From NCBI GenBank assembly GCA_029289095.1, contig JARFUG010000005.1, positions 11,914 through 75,913 on the forward strand: DNA of 64,000 bases, read 5' to 3'. This stretch comes from Desulfuromonadales bacterium (GTDB taxonomy: Bacteria > Desulfobacterota > Desulfuromonadia > Desulfuromonadales > JACZKF01). The notes under the pieces were generated by a model. The model was not told the origin of the DNA, made no database searches, and was given only the letters and a program-made list of their open reading frames with translations. How positions within the stretch are numbered: position 1 is the stretch's first letter; each line of letters opens with the position of its first letter. Of the stretch, positions 28,076-36,186 are shown piece by piece. The position numbers were made by a program, and so were the translations under genes.

Positions 28076-29983
28076 ATGAAGGTCAGATTTGCTGCCTTCC
28101 CTCTGCTTGCGGCTGCCCTCATGCTGATCCTGGTCGGGTGCGGCACAGACGGAGGTAAAGCGTCGTGGGACATTTCGGGAGAGGACTTCTTTGCTCCTGC
28201 CGAGAATAACGATTTCATCAGCGAGTTCCCTCAAATCGGGAACGAACCCTCCAACCCTCGGACCGAAACGCCATCTCCCGGCGAGCCTTCTCCCACCGTC
28301 GGGGCTCACGGCGCCATCGGCGCCGCCTCTGCCGGGGTCGCCTTCTGGGACGCAGAGATCCCGCACCGCAGCCGAACGGTGATGCTGAGCGCCCCTGCGG
28401 TTCTCGATCAGCCCGATACCGAATACATCCTGGCGCAGGACATCGTCGTCGCCGGAAGCGCATTCATTATCACGGCCGCGAACGTGACGCTGAACCTCAA
28501 CGGCCGTACCGTCACCTACGCGCAGAGCGCATCTTCCGGCCCAGTCTACGGCATCAACCTCATCGAACGGGGACTGTCCGATGTGGCGATCGTGAACGGC
28601 AAGATCCGCCAGGGCAATGGCGCCTCCGAGAGCGATGCGACGCAAAGAGGGTGGCACCCGGTCAACATCCTGCGCGATGTCCCCGGTCTGAAGATCGCAG
28701 GGCTCAAGGTCGAATACCGCACCCCTGAGACCTTCGCCATCAATGTCCCCTGGGGGAGGAACGGCGAAATCGCCCATAACGATCTACACGATACGGGCTC
28801 TTTCATCATCGACCGCCATCAACTTGTCGCTGTCGTCAAGGCAAACCGGGCGCCGGGAATGACGATCCGCCACAACCGCATCCTCCGCGCGCGCCAGGCC
28901 GGGATCGACGCCGGCCCCGGGGCTGTGGTGCACGATAACGAGATCGTGATCGACAGCCACAGCACCAATTCGTACGGCATCGTCCTGTACAACGTCGACG
29001 GCTTCACCGTTCACAACAACACCATCAAGGGGGCAGGGGAGCATCCCATCGGGATCGGGATGGTTTCGGGAACAAGAAATGGCGAGGTCTACAGCAATCG
29101 CGTTGAGGTGCAGAACACTCGGGGGAGCGCCGAGTACGGAGCTACGGGCTCGGCCGGGATGCGAATGACGTGGGGGACCGACAAGGTCGAGGTCCGCAAC
29201 AACCACATCACGGTGAAGGCCCAGGCGAATCTGGTCGGTCCGGGGCTCGACAGTTGGGGACGCGGGCTCTGGCTCGGGCTCCCCGATGCTGGTGCCGCCG
29301 TTCTCTTTCGCGACAACACCATCATCGCCGTGAACAAAGACGGGCGCGCCAAGGCCGCAGGGATCGCGGTGGTGTGCGGCAACAGGGCGCCCGGCCTCGT
29401 TTTCCGCAACAACCTGGTGACGAGCAACTGGGCCAACGTGCTGCTGACAGACGATTACGGAGACGCACAAGGCTTTCCCCGCTTCATCGGGAACACCTTC
29501 CGAAAGCAGGACGATCATTCCACCTATCGCACGGTTCGCAGCCAGTATGCGGGCCGCATATCAACCGGCAACTTCTTCAGCAACGTCTATGAGAACGGCG
29601 CCGCCGCCGACAGCATGGAGATGGAATTCCACGGCTCCGGACTCAAAGAAATCGGTTTCGGCTGGAGGGTGCGCCTGACGGTGCGCGATGCCGCGAACCA
29701 CCCCGTGAGCGGAGCGACGGTGCGGATCGCAGACAACAGCGGAGACGTGGTTTTCAGCGGGAGCACCGATGCCGATGGTCATGCGTTCACCGAACTGGTC
29801 GAGTTCCAGGCGACCAACCGCAGCAGCTACGTCGTCGCAGGCCAGCTCACCAAAGATGTCTTCGGCCTCTACGGCAACCGCATCCGCAAGAATCCCTACA
29901 CAGTCACCGTCGAAAAGAACGGCGTCAGGGTCTCGGAAGTGATCGAGATCAAGGCAGACAGAGAGGTGGAGATAGGACTTTAG
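28076..29983 (+). CDS. beta-helix (PbH1/CASH-like) lipoprotein, paralog 2
   Basis: ATG 28076 has an AAGGAGA RBS at 28061. Lipoprotein signal MKVRFAAFPLLAAALMLILVGC. Beta-helix rungs and a C-terminal beta-sandwich. Long identical blocks with paralog 3 (GEHPIGIGMVS, GSAEYGATGSAGMRMTWGTD, ANLVGPGLDSWGRGLW, DGRAKAAGIAVVCGN). Confidence 0.75.
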   Translation: MKVRFAAFPLLAAALMLILVGCGTDGGKASWDISGEDFFAPAENNDFISEFPQIGNEPSNPRTETPSPGEPSPTVGAHGAIGAASAGVAFWDAEIPHRSRTVMLSAPAVLDQPDTEYILAQDIVVAGSAFIITAANVTLNLNGRTVTYAQSASSGPVYGINLIERGLSDVAIVNGKIRQGNGASESDATQRGWHPVNILRDVPGLKIAGLKVEYRTPETFAINVPWGRNGEIAHNDLHDTGSFIIDRHQLVAVVKANRAPGMTIRHNRILRARQAGIDAGPGAVVHDNEIVIDSHSTNSYGIVLYNVDGFTVHNNTIKGAGEHPIGIGMVSGTRNGEVYSNRVEVQNTRGSAEYGATGSAGMRMTWGTDKVEVRNNHITVKAQANLVGPGLDSWGRGLWLGLPDAGAAVLFRDNTIIAVNKDGRAKAAGIAVVCGNRAPGLVFRNNLVTSNWANVLLTDDYGDAQGFPRFIGNTFRKQDDHSTYRTVRSQYAGRISTGNFFSNVYENGAAADSMEMEFHGSGLKEIGFGWRVRLTVRDAANHPVSGATVRIADNSGDVVFSGSTDADGHAFTELVEFQATNRSSYVVAGQLTKDVFGLYGNRIRKNPYTVTVEKNGVRVSEVIEIKADREVEIGL

Positions 29984-29987
29984 AATC

Positions 29988-30095
29988 GTGAGGAGTGAGG
30001 AGTCAGGAGTCAGGAGTCAATAGATTGAGTGCAATGCAATCGGCGGGACCCTTCGGGTTCCGCCTTTTTTTTATCCCAGCTCCCAACTCCCAACC
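29988..30095. repeat. heptamer arrays flanking a terminator: GTGAGGA/GTCAGGA x5 and CAGCTCC/CAACTCC x2.7
   Basis: Units at 29988-30022 (sense GGAGTGA/GGAGTCA family). The complement family is at 30077-30095. The two blocks bracket the hairpin at 30042-30072. Confidence 0.9.
30042..30072 (+). terminator. Rho-independent terminator after paralog 2
   Basis: GGCGGGACC (30042-30050) pairs with GGTTCCGCC (30056-30064), including one G-U pair. Loop CTTCG, followed by T8 (30065-30072). Confidence 0.8.
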
Positions 30096-30120
30096 TTCGG
30101 CTGAGGATGATTTTCACATG

Positions 30121-30140
30121 TTGTTGCATCTGCGCAACAA
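30121..30140. promoter_or_regulatory. inverted repeat TTGTTGC-N6-GCAACAA, candidate enhancer-binding-protein site
   Basis: Perfect 7-bp arms at 30121-30127 and 30134-30140, about 80-100 nt upstream of the sigma-54 -24 element at 30220. An IHF-consensus match AATCAACATCTTA (WATCAANNNNTTR) lies at 30199-30211 between them. Confidence 0.3.
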
Positions 30141-30219
30141 ACCGCCGCGCTGAGCCGCAGAGAACGAAAGTCCCAGGAAATCCTCAAAATGGTCTGAAAA
30201 TCAACATCTTACATCCTTT

Positions 30220-30235
30220 CGGCACGGCCATTGCT
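30220..30235 (+). promoter_or_regulatory. sigma-54 (-24/-12) promoter candidate for beta-helix lipoprotein paralog 3
   Basis: CGGCAC-GGCCA-TTGCT with exact GG-N10-GC spacing. Lies 81 nt upstream of TTG 30316. Confidence 0.6.
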
Positions 30236-30315
30236 GTATGGGCCTGCGTTGCACACGCGTGAGGAACCTGGGTTCCGATTGAATCCTCACCCTAAAAAGC
30301 CGATAGGAGATACCC

Positions 30316-32169
30316 TTGAGCAGACGTTTTCTTGTACTTTTTTCCCTCATTCCCTTCCTCCTTCTTGCCTGTGGCGGCGGCGAATCTGATGCTCAGGCTT
30401 TTGATCATGATCTCCCCTCCGCGAACGGCGGAGGCGGCGATTTTGTCTCAGATGAATTTCCCGGCGTCAGTCCGGGCTCTGTCGGCGCCCCTTCAGCGGG
30501 AATCGGCGCGGACGGCAAGGTCGGAGCCGATTCCTGGGATCGTCAGACACCCGCCCGCACCAACCGGGTGATGATCAGCGCACCGGGGGAGCTGACCCAG
30601 GCCGATACGGTCTATATCCTGGCTCAGGATATCTTCGCTCCCGGCACCGCCTTCACCGTCAAGGCCGCCAACGTCACCCTGGATCTCAACGGTCGCACCA
30701 TCACGTATGCCAACGGCGGCGCTTCGGAGCGGGCCTACGGGGTAAGCGTCGATCGCGGCCTGCGTGATGTGGCCATCGTCAACGGAAGCATCCGACAAGG
30801 GGGAGGAGCGCAGGAGAACAATCCCGACCAAGCGGGGTGGCATCCGGTTCATTTCGTCTCCGACACTCCGGGCTTCAAGGTTGCCGGCCTGAACATCGAG
30901 TACCGTACGCCCGAGACGTCGGCCATTCATGCCCAGTGGGGGAAGCAGGGTGAGATTCACCACAACGATCTCAACGATACCGGCTCCTTCATCATCAATC
31001 GTCACCAACTCGTCTCGGTCATCAAGAACAACCGCGGCTCCGGCACCCGGATTCACCACAATCGCATCGTCAGGGCGCGCCAGGGGGGGATCGACATCGG
31101 CAACGCTTCCGAGACAAGCCACAACGAGATCGTCGTCGAGAGCCGGAGCACCAACTCCTACGGCATCTCGTCTTACGGGATCGACGGTTTTACGATCAGC
31201 AACAATATGATCAAAGGGAGCGGCGAGCATCCCATCGGCATAGGCATGGTCTCCAAGTCGCGAAACGGCAAGGTCCACGGCAACCGCATCGAGGTTCAGA
31301 ATACCGAGGGGAGCGCAGAGTACGGCGCCACCGGCTCGGCCGGTATGCGCATGACGTGGGGGACCGACCAGGTCGAGGTCTGGAACAACCACGTCACCGT
31401 CAGGGCACAGGCCAATCTCGTCGGTCCCGGCCTCGACAGTTGGGGGCGCGGGCTGTGGGTCGGACTTCCCGATCCGCAGGCGAAGGTCCTTTTCCGCAAC
31501 AACACCATCATCGCAAAAAACAACGACGGTCGCGCCAAAGCGGCAGGGATCGCGGTGGTGTGCGGCAACGAGTCGCCGGGGCTCGTCTTTCGCGACAACC
31601 TGGTGGTGAGCAACTGGGGGCACGTCGTTCTGGCCGATGATTACGGCAAGGGGGACGGTTATCCCCAGTTCTTCGGAAACACCTTCCGCAAAGAAGACGA
31701 TCACGAAAATTACCGCACGGTAAAAAGCGATTACCGCGGCTACGTCGCCACCGGCGTCTTTATCGGCAACCGCTATGAAGGAGGATCCTCCCGCGATTCG
31801 ATCGAGGGAGAGTTCGAGTCCAGAGAGCTCAAGGATATCGCTTTCGGATGGGAATACGGCCTCACCGTGAAATCGGGCGGACGGACACTTCCCGGCGCTT
31901 CGGTGAAGATCTATGATAATACCGGCGCCGAGATCTTCAGCGGCATGACCGACGAATCCGGGCGCATCGACGCCGTTCTCATCGAGTACTGGGCGACCAA
32001 CAACAGCGACAATCCCGGACCGCCCGAGGCGCTCCGCCGGGATGTCTTCGGCGCCTACGGCAACCGCATCGACAAGAACCCCTACCGCGTCCGCATCAGT
32101 TCCGCTGGTGTGACGAAGGAGCAGCCGGTCACGGCGACCGGGAACATCAACGCCGAGGTCGAGCTGTAA
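30316..32169 (+). CDS. beta-helix (PbH1/CASH-like) lipoprotein, paralog 3
   Basis: TTG start with an AGGAGA RBS at 30305-30310. Lipoprotein signal ...FSLIPFLLLAC. Collinear with paralog 2 over nearly its full length. Confidence 0.75.
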   Translation: MSRRFLVLFSLIPFLLLACGGGESDAQAFDHDLPSANGGGGDFVSDEFPGVSPGSVGAPSAGIGADGKVGADSWDRQTPARTNRVMISAPGELTQADTVYILAQDIFAPGTAFTVKAANVTLDLNGRTITYANGGASERAYGVSVDRGLRDVAIVNGSIRQGGGAQENNPDQAGWHPVHFVSDTPGFKVAGLNIEYRTPETSAIHAQWGKQGEIHHNDLNDTGSFIINRHQLVSVIKNNRGSGTRIHHNRIVRARQGGIDIGNASETSHNEIVVESRSTNSYGISSYGIDGFTISNNMIKGSGEHPIGIGMVSKSRNGKVHGNRIEVQNTEGSAEYGATGSAGMRMTWGTDQVEVWNNHVTVRAQANLVGPGLDSWGRGLWVGLPDPQAKVLFRNNTIIAKNNDGRAKAAGIAVVCGNESPGLVFRDNLVVSNWGHVVLADDYGKGDGYPQFFGNTFRKEDDHENYRTVKSDYRGYVATGVFIGNRYEGGSSRDSIEGEFESRELKDIAFGWEYGLTVKSGGRTLPGASVKIYDNTGAEIFSGMTDESGRIDAVLIEYWATNNSDNPGPPEALRRDVFGAYGNRIDKNPYRVRISSAGVTKEQPVTATGNINAEVEL

Positions 32170-32194
32170 ACCGGAACGACATCGCTGCACAGAC

Positions 32195-32236
32195 GAAAAA
32201 AAGGTGGGATCCCTCGGGCTCCCACCTTTTTTTCGT
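32195..32236. terminator. Rho-independent, potentially bidirectional terminator after paralog 3
   Basis: An A7 run, then GGTGGGATCCC (32203-32213) pairing with GGGCTCCCACC (32216-32226) with one mismatch, then T7 (32227-32233). Confidence 0.75.
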
Positions 32237-32334
32237 CTGGGGCCGGGTGGGTGGGAGGCTTCATTAAATGTAGGAAAACTTTACAATGAAGCCTTCTCGC
32301 CTAATTTCTGTTGTATTTTCAGATAGATACGATC

Positions 32335-32350
32335 TGGCCCGGAGTTTGCT
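32335..32350 (+). promoter_or_regulatory. sigma-54 (-24/-12) promoter candidate for the PEP-CTERM cargo gene
   Basis: TGGCCC-GGAGT-TTGCT with exact spacing, 47 nt upstream of ATG 32397. A perfect 10-bp inverted repeat AGGCTTCATT (32256-32265) / AATGAAGCCT (32285-32294) lies 41-79 nt upstream. Confidence 0.6.
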
Positions 32351-32396
32351 ATTCAATGAGAACAAACCCCAACCACCCCTTTCCAAAGGAGGGAAC

Positions 32397-33023
32397 ATGA
32401 AAAAATGGATAAGTATTTTGTCGATCGGAATTCTCCTGTGCTTTTCTTCATCAGCATTGGCGCTCACGTATTATTTCGACGTCTCCAACGAATTCGGCAC
32501 ATGGCAGGGGACAGTGCCGCCGGGCTACGGCTCTGTTGAGATCGAAAAGGGAGCCGATGGCTTCATCTATTTCACCGTGACCGCGAACGACAATTTCTTC
32601 ACCCCCAGCGGTCCAGGGCTCACCTGGGACAAGTTCTACTACAATTTCAACGACCAGAAGACCCTCGACACCAGCCTGATCGTCGTCACGGCTCCCGGCA
32701 ACTGGAACGTCGACATCACGAACAGGAACGTCTCGATGTTCGGCCGCTTCGACTATGGCACGCATGGCAGCGCCATCGGGAGCGAGTTTCTCAATCCTCT
32801 TACCTTCTACATCGCCGATCCGAGCCTGGTGGAAACCGATTTCGCATTCGCCAATGCCGACGGCTACCTCTTTGCCGCGCACCTGAGAAGATTCGCTTCG
32901 ATCGACGGCAGGGACAGCACCTTCCTTGCCGTGCGCACCGAACCGATCCCCGAGCCGGCGACAATTCTCCTTCTCGGCTCCGGTCTTCTCGGCCTTTACG
33001 GCGTCCGCAAACGCCGCAGTTGA
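32397..33023 (+). CDS. PEP-CTERM sorting-domain protein (exosortase cargo)
   Basis: ATG 32397 with an AAAGGAGGG RBS. Sec signal MKKWISILSIGILLCFSSSALA. C-terminus EPIPEPATILLLGSGLLGLYGVRKRRS has the PEP motif, a TM helix and a basic cluster, the canonical PEP-CTERM tripartite signal. Confidence 0.9.
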   Translation: MKKWISILSIGILLCFSSSALALTYYFDVSNEFGTWQGTVPPGYGSVEIEKGADGFIYFTVTANDNFFTPSGPGLTWDKFYYNFNDQKTLDTSLIVVTAPGNWNVDITNRNVSMFGRFDYGTHGSAIGSEFLNPLTFYIADPSLVETDFAFANADGYLFAAHLRRFASIDGRDSTFLAVRTEPIPEPATILLLGSGLLGLYGVRKRRS

Positions 33024-33030
33024 AAAGACG

Positions 33031-33060
33031 AGCGCAGCAGGGGATTTCCCCTGCTGCGCT
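33031..33060 (+). terminator. 13-bp perfect hairpin after the PEP-CTERM gene (terminator or RNA stabiliser)
   Basis: AGCGCAGCAGGGG (33031-33043), loop ATTT, CCCCTGCTGCGCT (33048-33060). No clear T-run follows. Confidence 0.45.
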
Positions 33061-33216
33061 TCACGTCCGACACCGCGCGCCGCCCACGCGGTAATATGAA
33101 CCTTGGATCACCGGCTTTGAACCAAAGGCCTTCCCGCCACGGGTGTACCTTCCAAATAGCTGTAAACCTGTTGTTTTTTCCAAAACAAAATCGTCGAATA
33201 TTTTTTCCGGAAGCGG

Positions 33217-33244
33217 TTTACATCGGGACCTCTCTTACTATAAT
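33217..33244 (+). promoter_or_regulatory. candidate sigma-70-type promoter
   Basis: TTTACA (33217-33222), 16-nt spacer, TATAAT (33239-33244), in an AT-rich spacer. Motif match only. Confidence 0.3.
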
Positions 33245-33310
33245 TAGCCTGAAATAATTACATCTATTTTAATTAATTGATTTGTCAGAAACCTTTACAC
33301 AGGCACTCTT

Positions 33311-33326
33311 ATCGCCTTTCGACTCA
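33311..33326 (+). promoter_or_regulatory. weaker sigma-54 (-24/-12) promoter candidate for the TPR lipoprotein gene
   Basis: AGGCAC-TCTTA-TCGCC. The GG-N10-GC spacing is exact and -24 GGCAC is intact, but the -12 reads TCGC instead of TTGC. Lies 81 nt upstream of ATG 33407. Confidence 0.4.
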
Positions 33327-33406
33327 ACATCCCGTTACGAGTGAACGATGGCGGTCCTCCTTCGAAAGCGGGAATCCGGCCGACCATGCAAGGGAGAAGA
33401 ACCGCA

Positions 33407-36055
33407 ATGAAACTGCTCAAAGTATTGACCTTTGTGATGCTCGTGATCTGTCTGCTTCCCGGGTGCCGCACCCAGACCCGCGAGGCGTTGCTCGAGAAGG
33501 GGGTCGCGCTCGCTCAGGCCGGCGATTTCGATGGTGCGATCGTGTGCTTTCGAAGCGCCCTGGACAGGGATGCCAACTTCTCCGAAGCCCGGTACGAGCT
33601 GGCTCACGCCTATCTGCGGACAGGCCGGTTCGATCGGGCGGAAAACGAACTCGAGAAAGTTCTTCGCCAGGACGCCTCTTTTCCCAGGCTCCCCCTGCTG
33701 CTCGCCGAGGTCTACCTTCACAGCTCCCGCGTCGGGCAGGCGCGCGAAATAATCGAGGAATGGCTCATCGCTCACGGTCACGATGCCGATGCCTATGATC
33801 TTCTCGGGCGCGTGCATATCGCAGCGAACGATTTCATGGCGGCGGAGGAGGCGTTAAGAAAAGCGGTGCGTTTCCAGCCCGAGCACATTTCGGCCCGTAT
33901 CAATCTGGCCGCCCTGCACCTTACCCAGGGGCGCGTCGAAGCGGGGCGGACGATCCTGGAGGAGATCCTCACGGAGGCTCCCGACAACATTCCCGCGCGA
34001 AACATGCTGGCAGGCCTGGAGATCGAAGCCGGAAGGGCGGAGTCGGCTCTGGAGCAGTTCGAGGCGCTGGCGCGAGTCGATCAAAGCAGTCCCGACGCCC
34101 TTTACATGAGCGCTCTGCTGCATCTGCAGATGGGAAACATCGAGGAGGTGAAAAAAATCTCGGCAGTTCTCGATGAGCGTTTTCGCGACCATTCCCTTCC
34201 CCCCCTGCTGAGGGGGCTGATCCTCTATCGCGAGGGGAAATTTACCGAGGCGAGCATCGCTTTTCAGGCGGCCAACCGTATCCGTTCCGATTTGACGGCA
34301 TTCTATTTTCTCGGTCTGAGCTATTACCACCTCGGAAATTTCGAACTCGCCCTCAGCGAAATGCAGCGCATTCTCGATTATCGCCCCTCTTCGGTGCAGC
34401 CCCGCCTCATGAGCGCCGTCATCCTGCTGCAGCAGCAAAGGAGCGGCGACGCCATCCGGGAGGCTGAAATCGCCCTGCGCCACGATCCCCAAAGCGGCGT
34501 CGCGCACAACATTCTCGGCAGCGCCTATCTGGCCCAGGGAAAATACGATCTGGGGATGACGCACCTCGCCCGCGCCACGGCGCTCGATCCAAATCTCGCC
34601 GATGCACATCTTAAAAAAGGGATCTTCAACCTGACGAGAGGGAATTCGGAGTCGGGTGAGAGGGAAATCGTGCAGGCGCTTGCGATCGCACCCGAGGTCC
34701 TCGATACGCGGCTGATCCTGGCGAATCATCACCTGCGCCGGCAGAACTACCCCGCGGCCCTCGGCATACTGGAAGAAGGGCTCCGCGGCCGCCCGCAGGA
34801 TGCCGTCCTGTACAACGTCATGGCCGGCGCCTATTTCTCGATGAACCGGCCCCAAAAAGCACTCGAAGCTCTTCATGCCGCGAGGCGGGCCGACCCCGGA
34901 TACCTGACCCCGGTGTTCAACCTGGCTGCTTACTACGCCGCCGCGGGGGAAGCCGAAACGGCGGCCGCGGAATACCGGAAGATTCTGCAGAAAGACCCGG
35001 CGAACGTGCGCGCTCTTGTCGCCGCCGGAAGGCTTGCAGAGGCGATGGGGAAGGGCAACCAAGCGCTCGGCCATTTCCAGAGAGCCAGAGAGACCGGCGC
35101 CCCCGAGGGCTTCCTCGCCCTGGCGCAATACCAGCTCAGAAGCGGAAACGAAACAGAGGCGGCCTCTCTTCTGGACGAGGGTCTGCGCAGACATCGAAAC
35201 GCTCCGGCGCTTCTCGATGCCAAAGGACGGCTTCTGCTGCGGCAGGGGCGCGCGGAAGAGGCGATCCCCGTCTTCCAGGCCCTGGAGGCGGCAAGTCCCG
35301 GACGCGGTTATCCGGTGTTGGTGCAGATCTATCTGCAGGGCGAGCAGAGGGAAAAGGCCGAAGAGACAGCCCGCAGGGCGACTCGTGAAAACCCCGACCG
35401 CGCGTACGGGTATGGTCTGCAGGCCGCCATCCACGAGGCTGTGGGAGAACATCGGCAGGCGCTGCGGATCCTCGAAGAGGCGCGACGAAGGGTCAGAGAG
35501 CCTCAGCTCGAGATGCAGATCGGACAGCTTCACGAAAGGGCGGGCAATCATCAGAGGGCAAAGGAGAGCTACGTCCGTGTTCTGGAGAGCGCTCCCCGGT
35601 TTCATCCGGCTCTTTTCGCTCTCGCATCCCTCCAGGACCGGGCCGGCAACAAGGCAGAGGCGATGCGCCTCTACCGCCAGGTCCTGGAAATCGAGAGCGA
35701 CTTTACCCCTGCCCTCAACAACCTCGCCTATCTCCAGGCCGAAAATTTCGGCGATCCGGAAGAGGGGCTGAGACTGGCTTTTCAGGCCTATCGAAACGAA
35801 CCGGAACAGCCCGTCGTCATGGATACCCTCGGATATCTTCTGGTGCGCAACGGAAGGGCGACGGAGGCCGTCCCCCTGCTCGAGCAGGCTGCCGCCCTGC
35901 TCCCTGACACGCCCACAGTCCTGTACCACCTCGGGCTCGCCTACAAGGAGAGCGGCCAGAAGGAGAAGGCGCGAGGGGCGCTGCACCGCGCCCTCGAAAT
36001 GGGGGAGTTTCCCGAGTCCCGGCAATCGAGGAAGATTCTGGCGCAGTTGGAATAG
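33407..36055 (+). CDS. TPR-repeat lipoprotein, PEP-CTERM system type (PrsT-like)
   Basis: ATG 33407 with an AGGGAGAAG RBS. Lipoprotein signal MKLLKVLTFVMLVICLLPGC. About 880 aa of consecutive TPR units (A-x3-Y/L-x-G-x3-A periodicity throughout). Confidence 0.85.
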   Translation: MKLLKVLTFVMLVICLLPGCRTQTREALLEKGVALAQAGDFDGAIVCFRSALDRDANFSEARYELAHAYLRTGRFDRAENELEKVLRQDASFPRLPLLLAEVYLHSSRVGQAREIIEEWLIAHGHDADAYDLLGRVHIAANDFMAAEEALRKAVRFQPEHISARINLAALHLTQGRVEAGRTILEEILTEAPDNIPARNMLAGLEIEAGRAESALEQFEALARVDQSSPDALYMSALLHLQMGNIEEVKKISAVLDERFRDHSLPPLLRGLILYREGKFTEASIAFQAANRIRSDLTAFYFLGLSYYHLGNFELALSEMQRILDYRPSSVQPRLMSAVILLQQQRSGDAIREAEIALRHDPQSGVAHNILGSAYLAQGKYDLGMTHLARATALDPNLADAHLKKGIFNLTRGNSESGEREIVQALAIAPEVLDTRLILANHHLRRQNYPAALGILEEGLRGRPQDAVLYNVMAGAYFSMNRPQKALEALHAARRADPGYLTPVFNLAAYYAAAGEAETAAAEYRKILQKDPANVRALVAAGRLAEAMGKGNQALGHFQRARETGAPEGFLALAQYQLRSGNETEAASLLDEGLRRHRNAPALLDAKGRLLLRQGRAEEAIPVFQALEAASPGRGYPVLVQIYLQGEQREKAEETARRATRENPDRAYGYGLQAAIHEAVGEHRQALRILEEARRRVREPQLEMQIGQLHERAGNHQRAKESYVRVLESAPRFHPALFALASLQDRAGNKAEAMRLYRQVLEIESDFTPALNNLAYLQAENFGDPEEGLRLAFQAYRNEPEQPVVMDTLGYLLVRNGRATEAVPLLEQAAALLPDTPTVLYHLGLAYKESGQKEKARGALHRALEMGEFPESRQSRKILAQLE

Positions 36056-36060
36056 GAGGG

Positions 36061-36166
36061 CAGAATCCAGAATCCAGAAACCAGGAGCCAGAAAAGAACC
36101 CTGCACCCTGAATTTTGAACCTATGGGCAAGTCTTTCTCCTGGCTCCTGGATTCTGGCTCCTGGCT
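36061..36166. repeat. heptamer inverted pair (CAGAATC/CAGGAGC family and complement)
   Basis: CAGAATC x2, CAGAAAC, CAGGAGC, CAGAAAA at 36061-36095. The complement block TTCTCCTGGCTCCTGGATTCTGGCTCCTGGCT is at 36135-36166. CCAGGAGCCAG (36081-36091) pairs with CTGGCTCCTGG (36140-36150). Confidence 0.9.
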
Positions 36167-36186
36167 ACTGTTTTAGGAGATATTCA

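Noticed and set aside
30029-30262. A 77-aa ORF in the spacer between beta-helix paralogs 2 and 3.
   Set aside because: It spans the Rho-independent terminator, the heptamer block and the sigma-54 promoter region. It has no RBS and no recognisable motif.
4384-36130. Very long antisense ORFs: 4384-5946 (520 aa), 10399-11733 (444 aa), 12902-14947 (681 aa), 20674-22248 (524 aa), 22708-25302 (864 aa), 30493-32190 (565 aa) and 33854-36130 (758 aa), all on the - strand.
   Set aside because: Each lies entirely opposite + strand genes with clear family motifs. Their translations are low-complexity and Arg/Gly/Pro/Asp-rich, with no recognisable domains. Such shadow ORFs are expected in GC-rich DNA.
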